In this document: positions 1 through 9,456 of the stretch, piece by piece
Layout: every line of letters starts with the position of its first letter
Numbering within the stretch: position 1 is the first letter of the stretch
Origin: Candidatus Nitrosopelagicus sp.
GTDB taxonomy: Archaea > Thermoproteota > Nitrososphaeria > Nitrososphaerales > Nitrosopumilaceae
Assembly (NCBI GenBank): GCA_028344575.1
Contig: JAOMBO010000005.1
Coordinates: forward strand, 780 to 64,779
Reading direction: 5' to 3'
DNA length: 64,000 bases
Program-made: the position numbers and the translations under genes
The notes under the pieces: generated by a model
Seen by the model: only the letters and a program-made list of their open reading frames with translations
The model's database searches: none
What the model was told of the DNA's origin: nothing

Positions 1-756
1 TAATGTACCATCAATTGTTCCTTGCCATCCACAGATGTAAAACATGGTGTTATCTTTTGTAATATTTTCTCCAACTAATTCTTCTAATGGTGATTTTTCT
101 CCAGATTTTGTTCTTAGGAATTGTTCTACTCTTCCTGTTTGACCTGTCCATGCACGATTAAACCACTCTTGTGGTCTACTAATTGCTGCTCTATATTTGA
201 AATTCCATTTGTCTGTACCTCTATCCAAACTTTCATTTTCTAAATCTGTAAGTAATTGTTTGTAACTTAATTCGTCTACATAACTGGCTCCATGTAAAAC
301 AACAATTTCTCTTTTATCTCCTATGTCATGAAGATGTTGAGCAAAACTCACAAATGGCGCTAAGCCTGTTCCTCCTCCGATACAAACAATTCTTCTAGTA
401 TCTGGATCACCGTTTGGTAATTCGTCATTAATTGTTAGATGACCCGTTGGTTTAATCCAGCTTACATCTGCACCTTCTTTTGCATTAAATAATTCAGTTG
501 TCAATCTTCCTGGAAATGGCTTTCTTACCCATCTAATTACAAACTCAAAAAATTTTTTATTTTCTGGATGTGATGCAATTGAATATGCACGTCGAACAAT
601 TTTATTATCTTCTCCGGGTACCGGCATTCCAAGTGTTAAAAATTGACCTGCTTTGAAATCTGGAATAACTCCATCTTCTGGAACAAGACGAAATATGCCA
701 AGGTCTTCTTTTAGTAATTGTGTATAAGTTAATTTTGCTTTATTATCTTGAACCAT
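1..756 (-). CDS. Ferredoxin--NADP(+) reductase family protein, paralog 1 (3' end runs off the window)
   Basis: Manual translation from ATG at 756: MVQDNKAKLTYTQLLKEDLGIFRLVP...RAYSIAS...GGGTGLAPF...YICGWQGTIDG. FAD (RxYS) and NADP (GTGxAP, CG) motifs; similar throughout to 10798..11634. Not in ORF track. Confidence 0.9.
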   Translation of the reverse strand, partial: MVQDNKAKLTYTQLLKEDLGIFRLVPEDGVIPDFKAGQFLTLGMPVPGEDNKIVRRAYSIASHPENKKFFEFVIRWVRKPFPGRLTTELFNAKEGADVSWIKPTGHLTINDELPNGDPDTRRIVCIGGGTGLAPFVSFAQHLHDIGDKREIVVLHGASYVDELSYKQLLTDLENESLDRGTDKWNFKYRAAISRPQEWFNRAWTGQTGRVEQFLRTKSGEKSPLEELVGENITKDNTMFYICGWQGTIDGTL

Positions 757-793
757 TTCTTAAAAATACGAATTTATGTTTAAATATCTTCTG

Positions 794-812
794 TTAGATT
801 AGCCTAAGTCAA
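794..812. promoter_or_regulatory. Candidate DtxR/IdeR-type metal-regulator box upstream of FNR paralog 1
   Basis: TTAGATTAGCCTAAGTCAA matches the DtxR consensus TWAGGTWAGSCTWACCTWA at 15/19; lies just upstream of a minus-strand TATA-like element (~776-787). Confidence 0.4.
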
Positions 813-862
813 ATTAAGTTAAATGTTGGTGATTTTTTAAGAAAACGAATCATTAGGTTCAT

Positions 863-939
863 GGGCCGATAGTTCAGCCTGGTAGAATACGCGCATGGCA
901 TGCGTGGGGTCAAGGGTTCAAATCCCTTTCGGTCCACCA
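863..939 (+). tRNA. tRNA-Ala(GGC)
   Basis: Cloverleaf GGGCCGA...TCGGTCC-ACCA, G3:U70 Ala identity pair, anticodon loop ATGGCAT, TTCAAAT T-loop, encoded CCA. Confidence 0.95.
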
Positions 940-940
940 T

Positions 941-1474
941 TTAATTAAAAAACTTTAAAATTTTTCTAAATTCTGATTCATCTAATTTATGTAATACTTC
1001 GATTTCTTTGTCTGAAATATTTTCACCAATTCTTGCCAATGCGTATGCTGCACTTTTTACAGCCTCTAAATTTGAATCAAAAATACCTTGGTGTAGTTCC
1101 TTAGCAGATTCTTTTACTTCTAAATGTCCTAATGCTCCATATGCGCAAGTTCTAACTAAACCACTTGGATCATTAGTTAATTTTCTAATTTCTGTAATTC
1201 CATTTTTTTCATTTCTATTTGCTAAAACTAAGGTCACATATGCCCGTACATTTTTACTTTCATGTCCTAATCCTAAAATCAACTCCTCAAAAATTTCATT
1301 TTGATTAAGAAGTAAAGTACTGAATACTTCTCCTCTTATCTCAATATCATCATCGTCAAATAATTCAATCATTTTTTGGATAATTTCTGGATCTTTATTC
1401 TGATTTAATCTAGATACAATACTTTTCTTTGAAGCATCATTTTTGAATGATCCCAAAATTTCCTCTCTGTCCAA
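941..1474 (-). CDS. HEAT/PBS-lyase repeat protein
   Basis: Repeated D/E-x-x-x-(V/I)R...A...L helical HEAT motifs; likely TTG start at 1474 because the longer ORF overlaps alba on the other strand. Confidence 0.75.
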   Translation of the reverse strand: MDREEILGSFKNDASKKSIVSRLNQNKDPEIIQKMIELFDDDDIEIRGEVFSTLLLNQNEIFEELILGLGHESKNVRAYVTLVLANRNEKNGITEIRKLTNDPSGLVRTCAYGALGHLEVKESAKELHQGIFDSNLEAVKSAAYALARIGENISDKEIEVLHKLDESEFRKILKFFN

Positions 1475-1514
1475 CCTATCTTGATTTAAATTATCCTCGT
1501 AATATTTTACTCGC

Positions 1515-1802
1515 ATGTCAACCGAACAACGAGACACTGTATTCATAGGTAAGAAACCAATTATGGCATACGTTACTTCAACGTTAATCCAATTGGCTAA
1601 CTTGCCTTCTGTCAACATCAAAGCTCGAGGAATGAGTATCGGTAGAGCCGTAGATGTTGCACAAATAATTTCAAGAAAGACCGAGAACTCCGGATATAGC
1701 ATTGGAAATATATCCATAGGCTCTGAAAGTTTAGAGTCACAAGACGGTAAGACAAGAAATGTTTCCACAATAGAAATTGAAGTAAAGAGAACTACTCAAT
1801 AA
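1515..1802 (+). CDS. albA: DNA/RNA-binding protein Alba
   Basis: VFIGKKPIMAYV, IKARGMSIGRAVDVA and RNVSTIEI Alba motifs. Confidence 0.93.
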   Translation: MSTEQRDTVFIGKKPIMAYVTSTLIQLANLPSVNIKARGMSIGRAVDVAQIISRKTENSGYSIGNISIGSESLESQDGKTRNVSTIEIEVKRTTQ

Positions 1803-1824
1803 ACTCTTTACTAGTTTTTCTTTT

Positions 1825-2682
1825 TTATTTTGAATATTTATTCTCCAATTTTCTAAATTTTGATAATTCAACAATATCATTAAATTGATCAAAATTAACC
1901 AAATCTTTTTTGAGTCTTGTAGTGGTACCTTTATCTTTTAATTCTTTTAGTATTTTCATTGTTGCGAATGTATTTGCATACAATATAGATAGTGGATACA
2001 GAATTAATTGAAATCCCATCTTATGCAATGTTGTTGTTGAACTAATTGGAGTTGCTCCTCCTTCAATCATATTTGCAACTAATGGGGCGTTAATTGATTT
2101 ACCAATTTTTTTCATTTCTTCTATTGATTTTGGGGCTTCAACAAAAATCAAATCTGCTCCAATCTTTTTATAATATTTTCCTCTCTCAATTGCATCATCT
2201 AATCCTTCTGTGGCTCTGGCATCTGTTCTAGCTACTATGATGAAATCTTTGTCCTCTTTTGCATCTACTGCGGCTGCTAATTTCTCTCCATACTCTTCTT
2301 TTTGAACCACCTCCTTTCCTTTCATATGTCCACATCTTTTTGGCCATTTTTGATCTTCAAGAAATATGCCTGATACTCCTGCAACTTGTAAATCCTGAAG
2401 TAATTTTTTTACAGTTAATGCGTTCCCATAACCTGTATCTACATCTACAATTAGTGGTACTGAAATTGCATTTGCTATACGTCTTGCATTATCTGTTGTT
2501 TCAGATAATCCAATGAATCCATAATCTGGCATTCCTAACAATGTGGCAGATGTCCCATAACCTGTCTGAAACATTGCATCAAAACCTACTTTTTGAGCAA
2601 TCTTTGCTCCTATTGCATCATAAACTCCTGGAACTACCAATGGTTTTGATTTATCATTAATTAGTTTACGAAGTTTTTTCAT
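1825..2682 (-). CDS. Isocitrate lyase/PEP mutase family enzyme (2-methylisocitrate lyase-like)
   Basis: DVDTGYG, EDQKWPKRCGH catalytic loop, IVARTDA, ANMIEGG motifs. Confidence 0.85.
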   Translation of the reverse strand: MKKLRKLINDKSKPLVVPGVYDAIGAKIAQKVGFDAMFQTGYGTSATLLGMPDYGFIGLSETTDNARRIANAISVPLIVDVDTGYGNALTVKKLLQDLQVAGVSGIFLEDQKWPKRCGHMKGKEVVQKEEYGEKLAAAVDAKEDKDFIIVARTDARATEGLDDAIERGKYYKKIGADLIFVEAPKSIEEMKKIGKSINAPLVANMIEGGATPISSTTTLHKMGFQLILYPLSILYANTFATMKILKELKDKGTTTRLKKDLVNFDQFNDIVELSKFRKLENKYSK

Positions 2683-2727
2683 AAAATCTATCTAATCCTG
2701 TTTTATTTATGATTAGTCTAACGGTGT

Positions 2728-3213
2728 TTATTTTTTAGGATCCATCTCTTTGATTTTTTCTAATTCATCTTGGAGAAATTTCTTATATTTTTCAATTTCA
2801 TGATTTGTCATATTGCTGGCATTTGAACTCAATAAATTGCCTAGTATAGTTACTCTTTCTAACATATCCATTCCCATGAATTTTCCCATATCCATTAGTC
2901 GCATCATAGTGCTCATCTGTTGCTGCATATTCATTTTCCAGTTTTCCAGATCCGTTAGTATCGTTTTTCCATTATTTGTAATCTGATACTTTCCATTTTC
3001 ACTTTCTTCAATCAAACCTTCATCTAGTAATCTACCGAGTAGCGGGTAAATTAGTCCGGGTGAAGGTTTCCAGTTTCCAGCACTTGCTTCAACTGCAGAA
3101 TCAATAATCTCTTTTCCAGTATGTGGGTTTTCCATTAATTGTTGTAGGATATAATATCTGGAAAATCCTCTTGGAACCATGCTTCCAACTCGCTGTGTCC
3201 ATTCCTTAAACAT
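2728..3213 (-). CDS. PadR family transcriptional regulator
   Basis: wHTH with W-x-PSPGLIYPLLGRLLDEGLI and YQITNNG wing; start at ATG 3213 (MFKEW). Confidence 0.88.
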   Translation of the reverse strand: MFKEWTQRVGSMVPRGFSRYYILQQLMENPHTGKEIIDSAVEASAGNWKPSPGLIYPLLGRLLDEGLIEESENGKYQITNNGKTILTDLENWKMNMQQQMSTMMRLMDMGKFMGMDMLERVTILGNLLSSNASNMTNHEIEKYKKFLQDELEKIKEMDPKK

Positions 3214-3235
3214 CACTAGCGATATCACTAGCGAT
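3212..3235. promoter_or_regulatory. Tandem pseudo-palindromic 12-bp repeats (candidate PadR autoregulatory operator)
   Basis: ATCACTAGCGAT x2 exact; each unit is 10/12 self-complementary; located between TATA-like element (3234-3244) and the PadR start codon. Confidence 0.55.
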
Positions 3236-3305
3236 ATATATTAATGATTCGATCCATGATATTTTGTTATAATACATAAGTAACCTCTTCTGATTTTATT
3301 CATTA

Positions 3306-5018
3306 ATGACGGATTCTATTGAATTTGATCTAATAATTGCAGGTTCTGGTTTGGCAGGATTACGTGCTGCTATTGAGGCCGCAAAGAAGAATCAAAAAAT
3401 CAAGATTGGTGTTATTGCAAAAACTCAGGTCATGCGTTCCCATTCAGTATCTGCAGAAGGAGGAACTGCGGCTGTAATACAAGAAGAAAAAGGTGATACA
3501 ATAGAATCTCACATTTATGATACTGTAAAAGGAAGTGATTTTTTAGCAGACCAAGATACCGCTGAAAAATTATGTCACATGATGCCAAATGAAATTTTCC
3601 AACTAGAACATTGGGGAATGCCTTGGTCCAGACAAGAAAATGGAAAAATTGATCAACGTAATTTTGGTGGATATAGTTTTCCACGTGCAACTTATGCTAT
3701 TGACAAAGTTGGATTTTTTGAAATGCAGACTCTATACGATACCTGTCAAAAATTTGATAATATTGAATTTCTAAATGAATGGTACATCACATCAATCGTT
3801 CATGATGGAAAACAATTTTGTGGAATAACTGCAATAGAAACATCTTCTGGATCATTTTATACAATCAAAGGTAAAGCGTTGATAATTGCAACTGGTGGTG
3901 CAGGAAGAATTTTTAGTTATTCTACATATGCATTATCATCCACTCCTGATGGTTTGGATATGGCTTATCGTGCAGGAATGGCATTGAAAGATATGGAGTT
4001 TGTACAATTCCATCCTACTGGAATATTGCCTTCTGGAATTTTAATTACTGAAGGTGCACGAGGTGAAGGTGGTTATCTACTAAACAAAGATGGTGACCGA
4101 TTTATGAAAAATTATGCAGCTGGAAAAATGGAATTAGCTCCACGTGATATTGTATCGCGTTCTATTATGACTGAGATTAATGAAGGTCGTGGATTCAAAC
4201 ATGAAACTGGAGAAGATTGTATGAAATTGGATTTACGACATTTAGGTGATGAAAAAATTAAAGCTAAACTAGGAGGAATTAGAGAAATTTCAATTAAATT
4301 CTCAGGAATTGATCCTGCTGATGAACCAATTGACATCAGACCTGTTTGTCATTACATGATGGGTGGAATTCACACAAACATTGATGGTGCAGCTGAACTT
4401 CAAGGTGTTTGGGCTGCAGGGGAAGCTGCATGTAATAGTGTTCATGGTGCAAATCGTCTTGGCGCAAATTCTACTTCTGAATGTATTGTTTGGGGAAAAA
4501 TTACAGGTTCATTAGCTGTTGATTATATTGAAAAAGAACATACTTCTGCACAATTTCCTACTCATTTAGTAGCTGCTGAAGAAACTCGAATTTTTGATGG
4601 AATATTCCGTGGACGTGGAGATGTAAATCCATATGAAGTAAAACAAGAAGTTGCAGAAATTCTCAATGCAAAAGCATACGTCTATAGAAATCATAATGAT
4701 TTAGCCGAAGGTCTCAAAAAGGTGAGAGAACTTAAACAAAAAACCTGGAAACACGTTGATGATTCTGCTAAAGAGTATAACACTAATTTCCAAAACGTAA
4801 TGGAGTTAGATTCCATGTTCCGTGTGGCTGAAGTAGTGTTAGTAGGTGCTATAAACAGAAAAGAATCTCGTGGCGCACATTCTAGAACTGATTTCCCAAC
4901 GCGTGATGATGCAAATTTCCTTCATCACACACTAGCCTATTATGATCCAAACGAACCAATTATGAAGAAGCATCCAGTTACTATAACTAAATACAAACCT
5001 GTGGAGAGAAAATACTGA
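3306..5018 (+). CDS. sdhA: Succinate dehydrogenase flavoprotein subunit
   Basis: GSGLAG FAD motif, RSHSVSAEGG covalent-FAD His, QFHPTG, HYMMGG, HGANRLG. Confidence 0.96.
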   Translation: MTDSIEFDLIIAGSGLAGLRAAIEAAKKNQKIKIGVIAKTQVMRSHSVSAEGGTAAVIQEEKGDTIESHIYDTVKGSDFLADQDTAEKLCHMMPNEIFQLEHWGMPWSRQENGKIDQRNFGGYSFPRATYAIDKVGFFEMQTLYDTCQKFDNIEFLNEWYITSIVHDGKQFCGITAIETSSGSFYTIKGKALIIATGGAGRIFSYSTYALSSTPDGLDMAYRAGMALKDMEFVQFHPTGILPSGILITEGARGEGGYLLNKDGDRFMKNYAAGKMELAPRDIVSRSIMTEINEGRGFKHETGEDCMKLDLRHLGDEKIKAKLGGIREISIKFSGIDPADEPIDIRPVCHYMMGGIHTNIDGAAELQGVWAAGEAACNSVHGANRLGANSTSECIVWGKITGSLAVDYIEKEHTSAQFPTHLVAAEETRIFDGIFRGRGDVNPYEVKQEVAEILNAKAYVYRNHNDLAEGLKKVRELKQKTWKHVDDSAKEYNTNFQNVMELDSMFRVAEVVLVGAINRKESRGAHSRTDFPTRDDANFLHHTLAYYDPNEPIMKKHPVTITKYKPVERKY

Positions 5019-5458
5019 TGGAAAGAGAAACTGGCGCAAGAGAAGGACTGAAGGGATGGCTAAATCCTAGTAAAATTGGAAAATTTGGTATCGAAAGATT
5101 AGCATGGCTTTTGATGCGATTAACAGGTCTCGGTCTTTTGGCATATTTCATTGGTCATATTTATGAAACAAGTCATATCTTAGATGGAAAAGCAGTTTGG
5201 GACAAATCATTAGAAATGACTCAAACAACTGAAGGTCATCTATTCTTAGCGTTAGTAATTGGAATGTGTGTTTTTCACACTGGAAATGGAATTAGATTAA
5301 TGATTGCACAAATGGGATATGGTATTGGAAAAGCAGAGAGACCTGATTATCCATACAAGCCTCAATCAATTAACATGAAAGGTAAAGCATGTATCTATGC
5401 AACATTAGGTATGGCAGCTCTTGCAATGTGGTATGGAATGGCGGTGATGTTCGCATGA
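5018..5458 (+). CDS. sdhC: Succinate dehydrogenase membrane anchor (cytochrome b556) subunit C
   Basis: Three hydrophobic helices, RLTG and FHTGNGIR heme-His motif; operon position. Confidence 0.85.
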   Translation: MERETGAREGLKGWLNPSKIGKFGIERLAWLLMRLTGLGLLAYFIGHIYETSHILDGKAVWDKSLEMTQTTEGHLFLALVIGMCVFHTGNGIRLMIAQMGYGIGKAERPDYPYKPQSINMKGKACIYATLGMAALAMWYGMAVMFA

Positions 5459-5808
5459 TGGTATTAAGAGAAAGTATCATAATGAAGATACACTATGGCA
5501 CTGCCCTAGGTGCACTGTTCTTAACAGTCATACACATAATGATGAGACTTACTCAAGACTTTCACGAATCATTAGAATATGAAAACGTAATTGCAAATTA
5601 TGAAAGTGTAGGTTATGCGATATTACTTGAATTATTGTTAATCTTGATCTCTGTTCATGGATTTAATGGCTTGAGAGTAATTCTGTTAGAAATGAATCAA
5701 GGTCCAACATATGAAAAACTTGTAACAATTGGATGTCTTGCAGGAATGGCAGCATTAATTGCATATGGTTCGCGAACTATAATTATGACAAACATGGGGA
5801 TGCTATAA
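5455..5808 (+). CDS. sdhD: Succinate dehydrogenase membrane anchor subunit D
   Basis: Three TM helices, HGFNGLRVIL motif; start at ATG 5455/5458 overlapping the sdhC stop. Confidence 0.82.
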   Translation: MMVLRESIIMKIHYGTALGALFLTVIHIMMRLTQDFHESLEYENVIANYESVGYAILLELLLILISVHGFNGLRVILLEMNQGPTYEKLVTIGCLAGMAALIAYGSRTIIMTNMGML

Positions 5809-6584
5809 TGGCAACAATCCATCCTAAATTATCAGATGAACTATCTCAAACAGTAGTTTCTTCTACAAAATCTGTAAAAATAAAAATTAAACGAAGTAAT
5901 CCGAATGTAAACTCTGAACAAAAGTTTGATGACTTTGTTGTCCCAATTGAAAAATGGACAACTGTTCTAGATGTCTTATTAGATGTAAAATCACATCTTG
6001 ATCATTCTGTTGGAGTTCGTTATTCGTGTAGACAAGCATCATGTGGTTCTTGTGGAATGAAAATTAATGGCAAACCTGGTTTAGCATGTTTCACAAAAAT
6101 ATCTGAATTAGATTCTGACACTGTAACTGTAGAACCAATGGATAACTATCCCGTAGTTCGAGATTTGGCTGTCAATATGGATCGAATGATAAACAATCAC
6201 AAAAAAGTAATGCCATATGTCATCAGAGAAGATTCTGAAATTGATGCTGAAAGTGGTATAAGAGAATTTTTACAAAGCCCTGAAAATGTTGATAAGTATA
6301 TTCAATTTTCAAGTTGCATCAAATGTGGTTTATGTAATTCTGCATGTCCAACTATGGCGATGGATAAGACATTTGTTGGTCCTCAAGCATTAGCACAGGC
6401 CTACAGATACATTGCTGATGACCGTGATAAAGGCAAAAACAAACGACTCAAAGTTATAGATGAATCTCATGGAATTTGGAGATGTCACTTTGCTGGCTCA
6501 TGTAGTCAAGTTTGTCCAAAAGGAGTTGATCCTGCAATGGGAATTCAACTTTTGAGAGGATATCTTCTAGGAATTAGAGATTAA
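5808..6584 (+). CDS. sdhB: Succinate dehydrogenase iron-sulfur subunit
   Basis: SCRQASCGSCGM 2Fe-2S, CIKCGLCNSACP 4Fe-4S, CHFAGSCSQVCP 3Fe-4S; ATG at 5808. Confidence 0.95.
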   Translation: MATIHPKLSDELSQTVVSSTKSVKIKIKRSNPNVNSEQKFDDFVVPIEKWTTVLDVLLDVKSHLDHSVGVRYSCRQASCGSCGMKINGKPGLACFTKISELDSDTVTVEPMDNYPVVRDLAVNMDRMINNHKKVMPYVIREDSEIDAESGIREFLQSPENVDKYIQFSSCIKCGLCNSACPTMAMDKTFVGPQALAQAYRYIADDRDKGKNKRLKVIDESHGIWRCHFAGSCSQVCPKGVDPAMGIQLLRGYLLGIRD

Positions 6585-6919
6585 TCTTTCTTTTCTTCTG
6601 GCTTTTTGTGAGGATTTGGACTGTTATTTACTTGATTGTTAATTTGTTCAGCCATAAAGTGATTTGAGACATTTACCTTCACATCATCAATTCCATGTAT
6701 ACTCAATAGATTATCATGAATATCTTGACAAATTTTAAATCCAAAAACTGCCGGACAAAATGGACTTGTTAGATGTAAATCAACTTTGACATTTGCATCG
6801 CTGATGTCTACTTCGTCAATCAATTCTAATTCTGTAATTGTTGTGTTTATTTCAGGGTCTACAATTTGTGATAATTCATCAAAAATTTTCACTCGTAGCT
6901 GTTTCACATCTTGTGTCAT
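6581..6919 (-). CDS. DUF59/SufT-like metal-sulfur cluster assembly factor
   Basis: IVDPEI...ITELELI and LTSPFCP motifs. Confidence 0.85.
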   Translation of the reverse strand: MTQDVKQLRVKIFDELSQIVDPEINTTITELELIDEVDISDANVKVDLHLTSPFCPAVFGFKICQDIHDNLLSIHGIDDVKVNVSNHFMAEQINNQVNNSPNPHKKPEEKKD

Positions 6920-6961
6920 TGAATTGAATCCGTAGTTGCTATATATAGCGATTTTGAATCC

Positions 6962-8428
6962 ATGTTGATGTATCGTTCTCGATTAGGAAAAGATCTTGAT
7001 GATATCACACTAAGTTATGTTTCATCCATAAAAGACGATTCTGATATTGCATTTTATGACATTATTGGAAGCGAAGCACACGTCATTATGTTATATGAAA
7101 ATAAACTATTATCAAAAATTGAGGTAAAAAAAATACTAACCGCATTAGAAGAACTAAAAGGCGGAAATATCTCCCAGCCTGATTTTGAACCTGAAGATAT
7201 TCATGAATTAATAGAATCTCTTGTTATCAAAAAAACTGGAATTGAAAATGGTGGAAAAATGCACACTGCTCGTTCACGAAATGATCAAGTGGCACTTGAC
7301 ATTCGCCTAAAAATCCGCGATGACATTAACATACTATTACAATGTCTAATTGAAACAATCTCCACTTTACTAAAAACAGCACAAGAAAATACCAAAACAA
7401 TAATGCCACTTTATACACATCTTCAACAAGCTCAGGTTGGAGTATTCTCACATTACTTGTTGTCATACACTGATTCACTATTCCGTGATTTAGATAGATT
7501 CATGTCATTATATGCGCGAGTTAATCAAAGTCCATTAGGTGCTGGTCCTGTAGGGGGAACTAGTCTTCCTATTGATAGAGACAGTACTGCAAAAATGCTT
7601 GGATTTGCATCTCTTGTAGAAAATTCAATTGATGCAACAAGTACGCGTGACTTTGTAGCAGAATATGTTGCAAACTCTGCAATCATGATGACAAATCTAA
7701 GTAGATTGTCTGAAGACTTTATCATTTGGTCTTCAGCTGAATTTTCATTCATAGAACTTTCTGATGATTTTACATCACCATCAAGTGTAATGCCACAAAA
7801 GAAAAATCCTGATATCTTAGAACTCACACGAGGAAAAACATCTCAGGTTATAGGCTATTTGACATCTATCTTAACTACCACCAAAGGTTTACCTTCTGGT
7901 TATAGTAGAGATTTACAACAAATAAAATCTTCAATCTGGTCAACATCAAAAACATCAATCACTGCATTAATTATTATAAAATCAATGTTGTCTGATCTTA
8001 CAGTTAATCAGGAAAAAATGCAAAAAGCAACAGAAGAAGGATTTCTAGTTGCTTTAGATTTAGCAGAAAATTTAGTTCTTGAAAAAATACCCTTCCGTTC
8101 TGCACACAATATTGTTGGTAATCTTGTTCAATTATCCCATAACTCAAAAAAATTACTCTCTGATCTGGAATTAGATGATATTGAATCTCTTCAAATTAAA
8201 GAGATTAAAGCAAGAAAACTTTTTGAGTTAATTCAAAAAACCACCATCTCATCATCTCTTAAACAAAGATCATCAAAAGGATCTTCTGGAACTTCAGAAC
8301 AAACACGAATGATTGGACAAAGAAACAGAAAACTTGTAACTCTAAAAAATTCTATCAAAATTCAAAATGATAATGTGAAAAAATCATTAACACTGTTAGA
8401 AAAACGAGTTAAAACACTTACAAAATAG
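6962..8428 (+). CDS. argH: Argininosuccinate lyase
   Basis: EDIH, HTARSRNDQ, YTHLQQAQ, SSVMPQKKNPD signature. Confidence 0.95.
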   Translation: MLMYRSRLGKDLDDITLSYVSSIKDDSDIAFYDIIGSEAHVIMLYENKLLSKIEVKKILTALEELKGGNISQPDFEPEDIHELIESLVIKKTGIENGGKMHTARSRNDQVALDIRLKIRDDINILLQCLIETISTLLKTAQENTKTIMPLYTHLQQAQVGVFSHYLLSYTDSLFRDLDRFMSLYARVNQSPLGAGPVGGTSLPIDRDSTAKMLGFASLVENSIDATSTRDFVAEYVANSAIMMTNLSRLSEDFIIWSSAEFSFIELSDDFTSPSSVMPQKKNPDILELTRGKTSQVIGYLTSILTTTKGLPSGYSRDLQQIKSSIWSTSKTSITALIIIKSMLSDLTVNQEKMQKATEEGFLVALDLAENLVLEKIPFRSAHNIVGNLVQLSHNSKKLLSDLELDDIESLQIKEIKARKLFELIQKTTISSSLKQRSSKGSSGTSEQTRMIGQRNRKLVTLKNSIKIQNDNVKKSLTLLEKRVKTLTK

Positions 8429-8431
8429 ATG

Positions 8432-8505
8432 CGGGTCTAGTGGGATTCGAACCCACGACAGCCGCCTTAAAAGGGCGGTGCGCTACCTGGCTGCGCTATA
8501 GACCC
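8432..8505 (-). tRNA. tRNA-Lys(TTT)
   Basis: Reverse complement GGGTCTA...TAGACCCG; anticodon arm CCGCC-CTTTTAA-GGCGG; TTCGAAT T-loop. Confidence 0.95.
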
Positions 8506-8602
8506 ATGCGAGTTTTTCCATTATTGTACAATTTAGTCTTTTACCAGTCTAAAATTAAAAATGGAAACTTTAAAACCAGCAGTTCTTTTTCTTGTAAATA
8601 CT

Positions 8603-8677
8603 GCCCTTGTAGTATAGCCCGGTCTAGAATTCGGCCCTGTCACGGCTGAGACGCGGGTTCAAATCCCGCCGAGGGCG
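8603..8677 (+). tRNA. tRNA-Asp(GTC)
   Basis: GCCCTTG...CGAGGGCG; anticodon arm CGGCC-CTGTCAC-GGCTG; TTCAAAT T-loop. Confidence 0.95.
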
Positions 8678-8773
8678 CTTTTATTTTTAAAATTAAACAT
8701 TATCTGATCGCATGACATTCTACTATGCTTGTCACAATAATCTTAAAATCCGGGCAATTTCAGTGAAAAATTG

Positions 8774-9436
8774 ATGTCTGACGACAAAAAAGATTCTGAA
8801 GTAAAAGATGCTCCAAAAGCAGATGCAGAATCAAAAAAACAAGATGGCCAAAAATCCATCAAAGCATCTAAAGATGCACAAAAAGCAATCAAGGCAGCAG
8901 AAGAAGCAGAAGCTGCAGCAGAAGCTGCAATTGCAAAAGCCAAAGAATTGAAAGAAGCTGCATCAAAGGCATCAGAAGATGAGTTCAAAGCAATTGCTGA
9001 AGAAATTAAAGCAGAAGCTCCAAAAGCACCTGATGTAACTAACAAAAGAAAAAATGAAATTATATTTAGAAGAGAGATGGGTGAACCTGAATTTTTCTTA
9101 GATAAGGTAGATAGATTTCCAAAACCTATTTTATCTGAAGATGAAAAAGATGACATTACACGTAAAGCTCTCAATTATGAAGATACTACACCTGAATACA
9201 ATCCTCAAAATATCTTAGACGAACGTTTTGGGGGAACCTCCAATTATGAAACTGGAATAACTGTTCTTGGTGATGAATTACAAGCAAAACTAGATCGTCT
9301 TAGAAATGATCCTGAAGCACTTGCTGATGATATTGCGCAAGTTGAACAAAATCTTGCATATTTGGATTCATTACATCAAAATTATTATCTTGGAATGAAT
9401 GTTTTCAGAACTGCAAAAGGTGGAAGAAAAGATTAA
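8774..9436 (+). CDS. Hypothetical protein with Ala/Lys/Glu-rich N-terminal helix
   Basis: Long ORF, strongly biased codon use, low-complexity N-terminal third, compositionally normal C-terminal domain. Confidence 0.7.
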   Translation: MSDDKKDSEVKDAPKADAESKKQDGQKSIKASKDAQKAIKAAEEAEAAAEAAIAKAKELKEAASKASEDEFKAIAEEIKAEAPKAPDVTNKRKNEIIFRREMGEPEFFLDKVDRFPKPILSEDEKDDITRKALNYEDTTPEYNPQNILDERFGGTSNYETGITVLGDELQAKLDRLRNDPEALADDIAQVEQNLAYLDSLHQNYYLGMNVFRTAKGGRKD

Positions 9437-9456
9437 ATTAATTTTGGTGATATGAT

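Noticed and set aside
1475-1768. N-terminal extension of the HEAT-repeat ORF
   Set aside because: Antisense to alba; the real start is probably near 1474.
8440-8649. 69-aa ORF
   Set aside because: Overlaps tRNA-Lys and tRNA-Asp; spurious.
8743-9174. 143-aa minus-strand Ser/Ala/Phe-rich ORF and similar short nested ORFs across the window
   Set aside because: Antisense or off-frame shadows of well-supported genes, with no motifs of their own.
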